Assembly (NCBI RefSeq): GCF_000485595.1
Contig: NW_014577078.1
Location: 1,115,578-1,179,577, forward strand
Length of the DNA: 64,000 bases
From: Priapulus caudatus
Taxonomy: Eukaryota
Direction of reading: 5' to 3'
The translations under genes were made by a program, and so were the position numbers. The notes under the pieces are model-generated. The model was not told where the DNA came from. It was given only the letters and a program-made list of their open reading frames with translations, and ran no database searches. Positions within the stretch are counted from its first letter, which is position 1. The number at the start of each line of letters is the position of its first letter. Of the stretch, positions 28,801 through 44,075 are shown in pieces.

Positions 28801-30844
28801 GCATTCCTTAGATCAGAGTTGCCGAGCAGATATAGACGTATACGTGTTACAAGACCGAATAAATTCCCCTGTTACTATATATATATATATATATTAGTTA
28901 CGTCGCACTATGGTCCGATAGCTGTAAAGCACGATTCTTGAAGCTATGATGTATATATATATATATATTAATACGTGCTTCTGTGCGCGCCTCTGTGCAT
29001 TTATATAAGCATTAAGAGTACATTTTGGTGTTTAGTAATATTGACAGTGTTGTGTAACGCTAAAATTAGGCCCACCATTTTTGTTTTTCGACATTTCATA
29101 GTTAATTAATTCATGTAATTGTGAGTCATTAGACTGGTGGACCCCAATGACTCTTAACGCTCATGTCATCATAACTGTTATAGGTTCAATAAAATTTGGA
29201 ACACAAAGATCGTACAACTTCAACGCGTTGTTACTTCTCTTGTCAACGTGTGCAATTTTACGAGGGTGAACTCGTGTGTGAGTGTGCCTTCTCTCTATCG
29301 CCGTATTCCCGAGAATGGTTCCAGCTTGCACCGTTCTCACACGTCTGCTAAAAGTGCCCACCACACAAGGGCGAAAACATCGATCGCTTCAGAAATGGTA
29401 CGTAGAAAAAGCGATGAAAAACAAAATGAGAAAACCAATATAAAAACCGGACCATAGGCGAGAGCATCCTTACAGTGAACCCCGTAATTGGTTTTACCCA
29501 CTGCATGCGCATAAGAACACTCTTGTAGGCTAATATTACTCCCATTGATGCGAGTGCACGGAAGATGGCCACCTGATACATGCGGCAATTTCACAACGGC
29601 CATTTGAGATGTTCTAATTCTAAGAACTTCTCCCCCTTGAGATGCGTAAGCTTTAGACACTTTTCTTTTTCAACCGTAAAAATGCGTCGCAATGCGTGCA
29701 AATGTAAGCAAATGATATTGTTTGTTGCTTCCGTTTTTTTATAGCTTAGGTTAGCCAGGTATGTGAAACTCAAACCTTTAACTGTTGCAATGCCTATATC
29801 TTAGAGAATACCGCTACAGTGTTAGTTGAAAACTAAGGATACCTAAACTAAACGCTTAAAGGTTAACTTTCACAAAATATTTTTTTCTTAAACATAACGT
29901 TTATTTGTCCAGATAAAATACGTAAATTTAAGAGTTAGGTAAATGGTAGCTAATTGCTTTTGCTAATAAACTATTCAATTGCAAACAATAATTCTTGCTT
30001 TAATGGAAAGTCGAAAATCGCTAGCGCCCATATTTAAATTATTTAAATCAAACGTTTATCGAAAATGGGTTCCGCTTGCGTGATCCATGTCATTTCTCAA
30101 AGGACTTTCGCTAACAGCAAAATCATTCCTCTGACGAAATATATTACAACAAAATAATAAATGCGTCGTTGCTGCGTAGCGTGTGTACATGATCACTTTC
30201 TTCATGACGACAGTTGCTGCCGCCATCAACTTATAAATAACGAAGAAATCGCACGTTTCTTAGCAATTTTAGTTTCAATAATTGTATATCGCGCCGTAAT
30301 AGCTCAATCCTTACACCACGGTAATCTCTACACATACTAGCTTCGCAAAGTCCCATCTAGAGAAGACGTTGTAAAATCAGTTTACTGTCAATTAAGCTGT
30401 TAACTATTAATTCTTAGAATTACTGTTCGGCGCGACAACAAAGCAAGATGCAGTCGTGACGGCGCCTAATCGCTGCGGCGCCGGCTACGCTGCGACGAAC
30501 GCAGCACGGACGTCCATCGCACTGACGTCATCGACGAACGCCGCGTCGTTGTCGTTTTGCGCGCAAGTCGTTTATCATCATTATTCAGCACATATGCACG
30601 CGATTCGGAGATGGAAATGCCCGATTGCGGAACTCTTCTGCCGTGAAAGCGCGCTACACGCGAGCACGGGCGAGTTGATTGATTTCGGGCGCAATAACAA
30701 CTAAACAAGCGCGGCTTAGGCAGGTAAACGTCGGCGCGGGCAGCTGCTCATGCACAAACATCGTCGGCCAGACGCTGCGGACTAGGAAGCCAAACATTTG
30801 TGAGGCTCTCATGTCGTGCGACGCTTCCAGAGAAACAGTGGAGG

Positions 30845-32040
<1,196 letters not shown>

Positions 32041-32480
32041 ATAACTAATCTATTATATATATCATTACATATATATTATATATATATATATATATACTAT
32101 ATATATTATATATAATAGCAGAGAGAGGAGAGAGAGAGAGAGTATCGTACCGTAATAGATACTATATATACTAGATCTATGGTGAATATATGTCTGTCTG
32201 CCTCTCTTACATATTATATCATACTATAATATGATATAATATGTGTGTGTGGTGTGCGTGTGTGTGTGTGTGGTCGTGGTGTGTGTGTGTGATGTGGTGT
32301 GTGTGTGTGTGCGTGTGTGTGTAAGGGGGGGGGCTACACCACCAAACGAAGCTACCATTGTACTGAAAGCTATGTTTACGATGTGCTATTTTAAATTTGA
32401 AGCAAACTCAACATCTTGCAGTATATTGCAGGAACTATAACTGCAGTTATGATGATCACTAACCTCAGTAGCATATATAT

Positions 32481-32513
32481 CAGGAGTAGATAATAGGGAT
32501 ATATTATCTACTC

Positions 32514-32516
<3 letters not shown>
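32481..32516. mobile_element. 36-bp TIR-only palindrome of the same family as 4390-4597
   Basis: CAGGAGTAGATAATA-GGGATA-TATTATCTACTCCTG, a perfect 15-bp stem with ATATATAT on both sides. Confidence 0.55.
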
Positions 32517-32548
<32 letters not shown>

Positions 32549-35181
32549 AGAGATAGAGAGCGCGGCAGATATTCCATGCACCGTCACGCGACACGACGAT
32601 AACAAGCGTGCAGCAGCAGTAGGTTCATAGAATTTTTCCGCTCTTGGGGAGCGATGAACCTTTCATGCATAGCTCAATAAGAGCAAATGGGAGATTCTCT
32701 TAGATTTTAACATGTTTACTCGCCGCTGCTGTTGGAATAAACATATTTTCGCGATTAAAGCGTGAGTAACGTGGAATCGGGCGGACGACGTGTTTTTCAT
32801 GCATTAGTGCGATATCCACAAGTGACCTTAAAAGCATGCACCGCTGACTAATCGTGCTTCGCCCTGTGTTGGCGCTCGATGCCCTGGCATCGCCATCGGC
32901 ACCATCTCCTTGACCATTAAAGTACCGTTACCAAATAATTGCATACGTTCTTGGCTGTTCGGATGGTAGACACAATTTCTGCAGCGAGCCGGCGGCGTTC
33001 AATCACCTAGGATAGGGGCGCTAACGGAGTCAATCTTTGCCCTGATCAAACTCATACACCTTGCAAACTGCAGACCTATAGCCCCGAGTAAGCGCTCCAC
33101 ACTGCAATCTCAACTCATACATTCTTGATCAGTATAGAGGGCGCGCATAAACGCGTTTGCGAATTTCGATTGTTCTGCTTATGCGCCATAGGTGCTTTAG
33201 TCAGCCCCGTACCCCAATACATACGCAACTCTTCGTCTATTAGTTTGCGTCTGTCCGATAATGATGAGGGTCATTCTATTTACTTGCCTATACGAGTGAT
33301 GTGCGCGTTTGTATACACACGCGACCTCTTGCAGACGCGAGTGACTTTACGCACAATATCACGAGCGAAACGCGTGTGTATACCGCGGCTTTAGTACAGA
33401 TTATCCATTTCTCCACATTACGCCCATTTGGAGTTGTCGATTGACACTGTATGCCGACGAATGTGTGTGGCCCTTTCGGTGGAACTGAAATCGAAAACAA
33501 ATATAACATGCTATAGTATAGCACGGACAGAAATCGCAAACCCCATGGATTTGCTGTTATCTCGGCCCCAGTTGCAAATGACACATGGCCAGAAAATGGT
33601 TTTAGAATTACCATTTATAGATGAGGTTTAAGAGAAATCGGTTATATTTCAAATAATCTCGTATTCGGTAACCTTTTCAACTTCATTTAAACAGTGATGC
33701 ATGAGTGAAGTGGTGGTGGCATAAATTTCGAGCAACGCTTTTTTGTCTCTAACGATTATTCACGTAAAGTATTATACATCTGATTTTTGATGGATCGTTA
33801 TTTCAGTAGCGTATACCTCCCAAAGAGCTGCATAATAGATCGGGTAGCCAGTTTATGCCGAAACGCACAGTTAAAATATAATGACAGAGACATATGTCAA
33901 TTTATACTAATTTGATTAGTTTTCTGACTAACAAGAGCGAAAAGACAATAAATCAACCTTTGCTTGATACCATGAAATGGCGCCATGACGACTGTAGCTG
34001 ACGTTTACTGACACTAGCTGTACCATGGAGCCCCCAATCGATAGTTAATTAATTTTCAGACAGGATTTTTTAAGTAGGTTTGATTTTAAAAAGCATGGAC
34101 TACATTTTTATAAATAATGCGAACATGTCCCCCTCTTTGAGTGGCAGATAACACGATGTTTAGTCATTAAATGGCGCAAACTGTAACACTTGGTTCTTAT
34201 CAATGAAATATGTCTATTACATATGTCTCTATGTAGATTACCGTCTGCATTTACCACCGGCCGCGGCGCATACATTTACCTAGCAGCCGTAACTATGTTC
34301 CCTTATAAATAAATAAATAAATAAATACATACATAAATAAATATATATATATGTATGTATTGTTTCTTTTTTATTTATGACACTGATGACTATGTTTGAC
34401 CATGTTTATGGTGGTATATATATATATATATATATGACACCGAAAACACGGTCATCAGAATGATCCGGTAATACATCGCCAGGCTCATCGAAGTCCGAAT
34501 ATAGCAGGCGATGAATTAGCAAACGCTCGCAGCTCTATTCAATCGTCAAGGAGCGGATGATTTAGCGGCTATTACAACGTAAGGTAATGAATTCATGTCA
34601 GTGCGCTATTATCTTCGCGAGTAGTGTTGTATTGAACGTGCTGCGAAGTCGCCTGCGACGACGTGCCGTCATGCGCACGGCGAGCGACGTCGGGAGCGAC
34701 GCGACTATGACGTACGCAGCCGGTTTTATATCCTGCTGCGCTGTTCGTCAATTGCGCTTAGCCTAATTAGAGCCCCGCAGCTAAATTGCACGCCGCAAAT
34801 GACGCGCGCGGAGAATGAGCAGCTATATGGACATTGATAACTGAACGTAATGCTTTCGCGCGCATTGTTTGTCGCTATATACGCGTAGACGCCATTGCGA
34901 ACGTCGCGCCGGTCACGTGACGGCGATTAGGAGCAGGTTAGCATTGATCGCGGTGTTGCTCATGTCTGAGGGTGAATGAGAGTAACCTAATGCCGGGGCG
35001 ATATGCAATCAAAAGAGGGTTGGTTGCACTTCTAAAACTGCAGAAAGAGTCGTGGCGTGACTTCTAACATCTTAGGCCGGCGGAGCGTAGTAGAGATATA
35101 TAAATAAATACCTCAATTGTTGTTTTATTTAGCTGTGCATCGACGCGACACGTGACTATATAGGCTTTCATGCCTATGTAA

Positions 35182-35499
35182 AGCCTAGCGCAGACCTGCG
35201 ACTTTTTCATGCAACTCGATAGCGATTCTAGAATCGCGGTAAAAATTGCTGTGAAATCGCTACGTCTGCGGGAACGTGCAACTGCAACCCATAGCAATTC
35301 TGGTCGCTTGCGACGAGTAACAAGAAATCGAACTGTTTTGATTTTGAGCGACTCGTCTCTCCCAATCGCTCCCAAATTGCTCTAGAATTCCGTCGAAATC
35401 GCATGTGTGCGCCCACGCGGTGACACATCGACCGATCGTTTGCGGTTGCACGTTGCAACGACGAGCAACCAAACATACATCACAGGTCTGCGCTAGGCT
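35182..35499. mobile_element. PIF/Harbinger-type (Tourist-like) MITE, 318 bp
   Basis: Perfect 17-bp TIRs AGCCTAGCGCAGACCTG (35182-35198 / 35483-35499), flanked by TAA on both sides (35179-35181, 35500-35502), the typical Harbinger TSD. Confidence 0.88.
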
Positions 35500-35653
35500 T
35501 AACATGCGCGACTGCATACACTAGTCGAGCTCGCGTGCGAAAATCATTTAAGCCGCAATGCCAGGTGAGCAAATATTAAATTGAGAATAAACTATTCAGA
35601 GAATGGGCGAAGCGCTCGTGTCGGGTTTCTAACCGACCGTCGGCTACGCCTGG

Positions 35654-35691
<38 letters not shown>

Positions 35692-36620
35692 GCGTGTGCG
35701 TGTGTGTGCGTGTGCGTGTGCGTGCGTGCGTGCGCGCGCGTGTGTGACGATAGATACATTTTATAATATTATAGTATAAAAGATATTAAATATAGTAGAT
35801 ATAAGTAATAGAATTAATGTTTTCTTCACGATAAACTCTAAAGCGACATCATTATAACATTTTTATAGCGTTCGTATATTGTCAATTGAATATTGTGTAT
35901 ATTTGTGAAATATGTTAAAATGGAACGGATCGGTTAGACGATAAATGAAATATAATAGGTTGCTATAAAAGTTGCTATAAAATGCTATGCTATAAAATGC
36001 CATTGCTATAAAAGTCCCGTATGTTATCATTGACAATTTTATTCAATTCGAAAATAAATCTCAACGAAGTTCATAAAGCGATCCGCAGCATTAATCATTT
36101 GAATAAGTGTCCCACTATGACAAGTGCTGCTTTACATGTCTGAGTTTGGGCTCACACTGCTACATGTTATGGCTATACTAAAATGTGAGAATCGCATTAA
36201 TAATCAATTAGCAGCCATGATGTTTTAAATATGAGCAATTAAAGAAATGAGCAAGGTTCTAGCCATCTTCAGTTGTACGCTTCAGAAGAAAGCTGCTAAC
36301 GAACTGCACAAGTTTATTTGTCAGAGAACAGAGCGCTGAAGAAAGCCAATGGCACTTAAAGTCTGGTTTAACAATCTCATTAGATACAGGTAAGTGCTGA
36401 TGGACTAGCCGACCAACTGCTGCACAGCCACAATTTTACGGAGTCCTACGACTAGACAGGTAGGCGGGGGGCGCGGCATATCTATTAAGGATTGGCGAAT
36501 CTGATATCGAATCGCTGGTTAATATTGATTATGGGTTATATGTGCGGATTATATTTATTTATGTCGGAAATAATATTTATATATATACATTTGTTTGTGT
36601 AGGTATTTAACGTGCGTAGT

Positions 36621-36890
36621 TTATTATTATTAATATTATTATTATTATTATTATTATTATTTTCAAAGTGGATCACGGCATTAGCGGGTGGCTTCTGGGT
36701 TGGCCGTGTCCCAACCTGGGACATATAGGGATTCAATCCAGAATTTTTCGCAGGATGTGTGCTGTTCCCAGTAGTGCAATTTTCTGCACTTCTTAGGCAG
36801 TGTGGTGGCCATGATATGGGGAAGTTCCTTCGGGTTCTTCTCAAAACCATTCTTTATAGAGCCAAGGGCTCCAACCACCACTGGTACAAT

Positions 36891-36893
<3 letters not shown>
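36621..36893 (-). mobile_element. 5'-truncated R4/Dong-like (RLE) non-LTR retrotransposon 3' end with (TAA)n tail
   Basis: The reverse strand reads IIVPVVVGALGSIK and, after a frameshift, EVQKIALLGTAHILRKILD* (stop 36735-36733). This is the C-terminal motif of R4-clade ORFs. A ~70-nt 3' UTR and a (TAA)n tract at 36621-36661 follow. Confidence 0.82.
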
Positions 36894-36953
<60 letters not shown>

Positions 36954-39218
36954 ATGTGCATATCTCTCCAGATAAACCATGACAAGTCTCTCAGGTGCGC
37001 ATAGTAATGTAACACATGCGCCTAACTATATTTACCCTTGTCAAATATAGATGTTATTCTCTCGCGTGTTGCGTCTTAAATTTACTCTCAACTTTTACTA
37101 ACTTTTACAACATTTACTCTTATCTCTCAACACAATTCAGTAGTTATTGCAGCGCTTTAGTTTCACTGCGTGTTCTGCTGTCTGTGTGCTGATCGTGTAT
37201 AAATGATATTCTGAATAGTTAGTACGTGGCTGCGTCCTCGTACAGTTGGAGAAAATAAATTTTCTGAAAATAGTTGCCTGATTCCTATGTACCCCGAAGG
37301 AAGATGGCAGAGAGGTAGATCATTGCTGGTTAGAAGCTATATGTGTATTATTCGTATTCTATGGAGTGGCATAATTTTAGTCAACTCGCTTATTTGAGGA
37401 CTAATAGGCTATGGTCTGATCGGAGCAGGTGGATTGAATCTAGCTGTTAACGATTACGCAAATGCAGACGTACATACGCGTGCACGCACACACAAACGCA
37501 AGATTCGTGTATGTCCAGACTAACTCTGACTGTGATAAAGCAGCGGAATGCACGGTTTATCATCCGCCAATGTGGAAATGACCCGTCACTAGACCGAGCT
37601 GATCTAGTTCCTGGCAATCGATCACGAATAGTTAATAATAAAGCCAAGTAGTAATCACCAGCGTCAATCAGTATAGCCATAATTTACTGACGTTAGAATC
37701 ATGTCTAGGCTAAACGGGCGCACACAAGCACTCACGGATCTCGTATAGCTGTAAAATAATGCTAGCAAATGTCGCTTGCATAAAAAAGCATACTCATATG
37801 GTGCTTGTCGCTTGCTATAATATAAACATACGCGTAAAATATTCTATACTAAATAACGGTCCTAATACGAAATACCCCATCGTAGATAAATTAATCTTAA
37901 AGTGAACTAAGCCAATATTCGAGTGCCATTAAGATACCAAAGTAAACAAAGTCCGCATAATAACGGCATAGTAGCAATGCGAAGATAAGAAATAACAACA
38001 CGAGCGATTTTTTTGCCAACGTTACTGAATTTCATCACCTTAGGTATGGCGCCGCACTTTTACTGCAATCAAGGAGGACTTTGAAAATAGAAATGTAAGA
38101 AAATGTAATATTGCATCAGATCACGTTCATACCTGCTTCCTATCACTATTTCTGTCATTCAGGGCATAAGAGAATAGCCACGAGACTGCTTGTGACCAAA
38201 ATCGGTTTATCGTAATTAGTCATTGCCATAATAAAGAAGCTTAGCCGTGATATAGTATTATCCCCTCTTCTATTTAAGCAGAGTGCAGTAATCATCTATC
38301 ACGTAGCGAGAATCATATAACTTAGGTGCCAATCCCTTTGAGGCCGCGTTTGAGGCCTCTATGAATCGCAATAGGCTAAATTCGAGAAAAGAAGATCTTT
38401 CTGGTATCGGTCCGCGAATCCTCTACATCGATATGAGACCTCTACGACTCTGAGCATCGCCGTGAACGCAAGTCTACGAGATTCTACACCGACTAGGACT
38501 AAGCTACGACACAAGACATCCACACCGCACATCTACGTTACATTATGGTACTCGTATACGTATTTACACACGTGCACTGTTTTTATATAATTTATGTGAA
38601 CGCTGGGTGCGAAACGCCCGAGTGAGGCAAAACGCCCACCACAAAATACAGGTAGTGACGTTATTTCCGGTGCCGTTCGTGGTGATACGCTAGGCGTGCT
38701 CTCGTTTTTCGAACAACATTTGGCCGCTTGCCAGCACTGACTAGCACTCCGGATATCTTAATGACAAAGCATGTTTACTGCTTTCACGCTTCACTATAAG
38801 TGGGTGATAATTTCTTGTCACGTGACAGCTGATACAATGTCACATAAAGATGTCAATGGAGCATATCGCCCACTACGGTGGAGCGGAAATTTCATCTCAC
38901 CATCCATAGTGGGCATTGTGCCTCTCTTAACGTCTTAAGATAGCCCAGTAGGCGTTTGGCCCTAATCACCTGCTTCTATCTAATTTATTCTATCTAATCT
39001 ACTTCGTATATCATCATTACCATCGTTTTTGTAATAATTATAATTAAATTATAATTACTATTGTTGTCGCTATTAATATATTAATTATTATTGATCATTG
39101 ATTGATGAGTTGATTAACTACACAGTTTTTATTACCGCTTCCACAGTCATCCAGTATCAAAGGTAGACAAATCCATGGCACAAAGCCTCTCTCTCTTTCT
39201 TCCTATTCAGGTACAAAC

Positions 39219-39846
39219 ATGACCAGAAATTGCAAAAGAAACCCCATAAGGGACTCTATATAGGGACTCTATAATAGGAATCAACAGCTCACATTGGCTC
39301 TACAGGCAGTCCGCGCTGCCATGCCCATCTTAAGAGCTGGAAGGGAACTTGGTATTCGACCAAGAACGATATGTGACCACAGAGACAGTGGGGGTACCTA
39401 CTCTAGCACTGTTGCGTCTTGGTGGGGATCGCGTATTACCATGATCGTATGTATTTAAATTTATATACATATATTTACGATAATATCAACGGTTGAAGTT
39501 GAGAGGGAGCTCTCCGACCATGGGCAGTACATGGAGAATCCTACTTCATATTAAAACTACCCGTGACATCAGACGACCAGCGTTTGATGTGGTAGAGAAG
39601 GTGACAGACCAGAACCCCCCACCACCACCATAGCTGTGGAAACATGGTAGCAGGTAAGGGATGGTTGTTTGGATTACTCTCGCGACATCAATACCTTAGC
39701 ATTAGGAAACCCCAGGGCACAAACCTATTTCGGGTATTTGGTTTAACAAGGAATTTTTTGTCATGTATTAAGAATTGCTGGAAATTCAACTTGGGGCATA
39801 CGCCTATACGCGTGTGGAACGTGGGTGAAACTGGCATTATGGCTGC
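39219..39846 (+). mobile_element. Decayed pogo/Tigger-family transposase (psq-HTH, CENP-B HTH, start of DDE)
   Basis: Frame-broken pieces occur in the expected order: MTRNCKR; QQLTLALQAVRAAMPILRAGRELGIRPRTI; ERELSDHGQYME...TTRDIRRPAFDVVEK; AGKGWLFGLLSRHQYLSIRKPQGT...RVWNVGETGI (cf. AGxDWxxGFLxRHxxLSxRKP and IWNxDETG). Confidence 0.8.
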
Positions 39847-42800
39847 ATTCAATTACGTATTGTTCATTTGTCACTAATCAATTTCATGTTTAATTCGCAA
39901 TATTACCTAACAAATATTGTTAACTTAATTTGAATAAAACTTCGTAATAACACTAATATACATCGTAAGAACACTCTACGTAGCAGTAATCTACGGGCTA
40001 TGCCCGTAGTTTGGAATAAAGACTTTCGTCAGTGTACGAGGATCTATACTGCCGCCCTGTGGATGACTTCTTGCCACATTGGTTACGCATGACATATAAA
40101 ACGTCATAAAAACTAAATTCAGACATAATTAAATTTTGATATTAATCGAATATTGATTTTTATGCACAGTAGTTTTTGTGCATTCGCTTTTCCCATTTCC
40201 GCATTCACAACTCTTTATTACTCTTGATTTAATAGTCTTTTTCACAACTCTTCCATTTCCTATTCTCCTTTCTGTTATGCACTGTTCACGTACCATTACT
40301 ATACCCGGTCGATCAATATGCCTCTGCTCGATTCCTTTTTTCTTTATTCCTCATTCTTCTAATCACCCTTCTCGTCTCTCTGCACCCTGCTTTGTCATCT
40401 AGGTAACTGTGTACGTACACAGAACTGCTACAAAGACAACGGGGGGAAAATGTATCAAATTCATATAGACATGGACTTAATTTTCTTTCAGCTTGCTGGG
40501 CTTTAAGGTGTTTTATCGCGCTCAACAAGTGGCTAACTCTTACATATAAAAGCACTCCATATAATAATTTGTTAAATATGAAAGATACTATTTCATCTGT
40601 TATACAGTACATCGCATATTTAAGGCAAAGAATGGGAATATCACAATTTATACTAACGGACAGACCAGGATTTTTTTACTGTCAATGCTAGAAGTTGGGA
40701 TGAGCCCAGAAAGTATAGCAGGTGCTAGTGATCGCAATATGTAGCTAGGGGATTTACTGAAGCCACCCATGCTAGCCTTCTCCTCCAATGTTAAGATCCG
40801 CATTATTAGAACGGATTATGGTGCCAAGGTTTATTAACAATGATGAGACGGGCTTGATGGAGAAATGAACATTAGCCTGCACACGCCCAAATGACTCGCC
40901 AACTGTGGACAGCCACTAATAACGACCGCGGTTTCGTTAAGTGTTGATAATAGTAATATTAACATACATTCACATATTCAACATCGGAAACCACGTATTA
41001 ACATCAATACTGTCATACACCTGGTATACTAATATATAATTCTGTGAAAAACTAACGCTCGATGCAAGATAACAATTTAGGAACAACAGTGTAATAGTTG
41101 CTTGGTATAATACATTACGTGGTAATTTTTACACTCATACGTACAGTTGACAATATAGCATCTACGAGTTTCGCAATTAGTTTAGATTGTCTTTAGGCAC
41201 TCTACTTTCCAGGTAAAAGCGACTAGACATAATCTTTGTTCTCTCACAGTACATATTCGACACCGTAGTGCAAGGTACGGAAGACGAACTTGCTATCTCA
41301 CACTACAGCTTTACTAATCAAAACGTGCTGTTTCGAGAACGAAATATCATCGTCAACAAATCAAGCAATCAAATGCTTGGCCAACGGCGCAGGCACATAT
41401 CCTTGCTGGAAATTAGTATCTCGCTTGCCCGGGTTGGCAAACACTATGTAAAAAATGAAAGAAAACATGAAGACAAATGATTGACATATCTAATAACAAT
41501 GATTTGCATGTCGTTAGTCGTAGGACGGTAATAGCCCCAAAACCTATTTAGGGTTCACCGTATCCGCTCGATATATTGCCCGTAGCTGAACTGTCGTAAT
41601 TGTATTTCCATGCAAAATCTATGCACATATACTAACCTTGCATTAAATGCGCAAAATGCATGATTAATAGATTGCACGCAATTATTGTTATAATGAGAGA
41701 TTAAAATTATAACCTGCCAGCGTTTTGTACTTATGCCTTCGACCGGCGAGCAGTTATAGGTTCGCCTAGGGTCGTGTTGACCTTTTGCGTTCGACTGCTA
41801 ACGCGAGTTAACTTAATGAAACAGAAAATGAGAGACCCGCCGCAAAACAAATGAATTTTTCGGTCGATTAGATACGCCTTTTGCATCAAACGATGCATCA
41901 ACTTCACACGTTCTTGGCAGAGCTTTGACTAAATACATTTCATCGCTCCCGTGTGAATGGAAATGATCGCTTTGGGACGCGCGTGTGTGCGAAATTTACG
42001 TTTTCGGTATAGGTTCAGCGTACGTGCGTGAATTTTATTTGCCCATTGAGTTTGTTTTCACTAGATGCTAGCGACGCCGATGACAATGGCACAGACGGAA
42101 TGTCACGAAGAAACATGCTGACGCCGATAACGACAACATCGGTGATGACGTATTCGCTTGAAGAAAGATGACATTTCGGCTTTAGTATGGTGTCAGACGC
42201 TTCAAGCGCGCTTACGTTTATTGTGAGATAGCAGTAGCGTGCAGAAAATATTAGTCGCAATTTGTTATAATTATTACTGGACATCTGTCTTAGCACCAAG
42301 CGATCGATACTTTCGAATTCTTTGTATTACAGGGCCGACTATCTTATGAAAGATTTGCTACAGACACAGCTAACGGGATGATGCTATTGTGTGGAGATGA
42401 TAGGTTATAGTTTTAATATCATGAGTATTCTTTATCATATTATAATACTGATCATGCAATTATATAACTGATCACCACAGTGAGAACTGTTTTATTGAAA
42501 GTTGCTCCCATAAATGTGCTACTACCATAAAGGTTCGTAGGCGTGACTTGTTATATTGAGACGCTTTTAACTTAATTGTTACTGTTTACAACTAGGATAA
42601 AGAGCGATTCCAATAAACTTACTTCATATAAAACTAATGTTTTCCCTATTTACATGTGTATTTTCAACAAAATAGTATTTGTTTGTTTTGACAGAAACTG
42701 TCGCCTTAAAATTAATAAATGGAGCCATTTCAATAGAGAGTTTTCTAATCACTATTTTTTGAGGGGGGAGACACACATTATTATTATTATTTATTTATTT

Positions 42801-43204
42801 ATCCCGCTCTAATTAAATGATTAAACTCTTATTATTAAATAAATCCACTTAAAGAGCAATAATATTGTTCTACGATGAGAGTACCAATATAAACGTACAG
42901 CCAGATATATTCGGGTACAACGTTCCCGAAAACACTAGTTCTTAGCAGCGCATTGCAGCGGCGATTACAGAGGGTTTGCATCCAGTCTAATCCGGATAAG
43001 GACATATATCGATCTCGAACCAGTCTCGTATAACGAACGCTACGTGGAGCAGCGTGATCTATCCCTATCGAAGCTAGTCACCACGGGTAATGGTTAGATC
43101 GAACCGCATTCTTCATTTTGCACCTCTTCTCACGTACCGCCTTGCCTCCGGTTACTTACAACAAACACTAGAGCAAGTAGTATGCACGCGCGCGTGTGTG
43201 TCAC

Positions 43205-43256
<52 letters not shown>

Positions 43257-43451
43257 GTGTGTGGGCGCGCGCTGTGTGGGCGTGCGTGCGTGCGTGGCGT
43301 GCGTTCGTGGCGCGTATGTGTGTGTGTGTGTGTGGGGGTGTGTGTGTGTGTGTGTGTGTAGTGTGTGCTGTGGTGTGTGTGTTGTGTGTGTGTGCCGTGT
43401 CGTGTGTTGCGTGTGTGCTGTGCGCGCGAGATCGAGAATAAATAAGAAGAA

Positions 43452-43749
43452 CGAGAAAGAGTGTGAAGTGACGAAGAGAGAGGGGGCGTTTGTGTTTATA
43501 GACGTGGAGTTAGACCTGGAACTAAGAAAGAGAGCAAACGATAGAGGAGGCTCACTGTGCAAGTCCCTCCGTCTTACTTTAAACGGCTTCATTTTGTAAG
43601 AGTGTAATTCTTAAACAAGTAGATCGCGCAGTTTTTGTAATTCAAGTGAGTCGAAATCATTTAGACTAACGAAAGAAAAAAGACCAAAATAAAATGAGAA
43701 AAAGAAAGAGAACGATGAAAAAAGAAAAAAGAGAAAGAGAAAGAGAGTG

Positions 43750-43829
<80 letters not shown>

Positions 43830-44075
43830 GTGAACGAGAAAGTGAACGAGAAAGCGAAATGAAACGAGAAAAAGAAGGAGAAAGAGAAAGAGTGTGAGAG
43901 TGACGAAGAGAGAGGGGGCGTTTGTGTTTATAGATTGAGTTAGATGGGAACTGAGAAGGAGAGCAAATGATAGAAGAGGCTCACTTGCAAGTCCTCGTCT
44001 TACTTTAACGGCTTCATTTTGTAAGAGTGTGTTCTTACAAGGAAATGCGCGCAGTTTTTGTCAATTAAGTAAGTC
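43452..44075. repeat. ~200-bp direct repeat pair separated by an (AG)n tract
   Basis: 43452-43652 matches ~43885-44075 (GTGACGAAGAGAGAGGGGGCGTTTGTGTTTATAGA...CGCGCAGTTTTTGT). (AG)n lies at ~43755-43826. Confidence 0.82.

Noticed and set aside
35064..35375. ORF containing KIKTVR, resembling the pre-TM6 motif of vasopressin-family receptors
   Set aside because: It is on the wrong strand, downstream of the last exon and inside a MITE, and no hydrophobic TM6 or CWxP follows.
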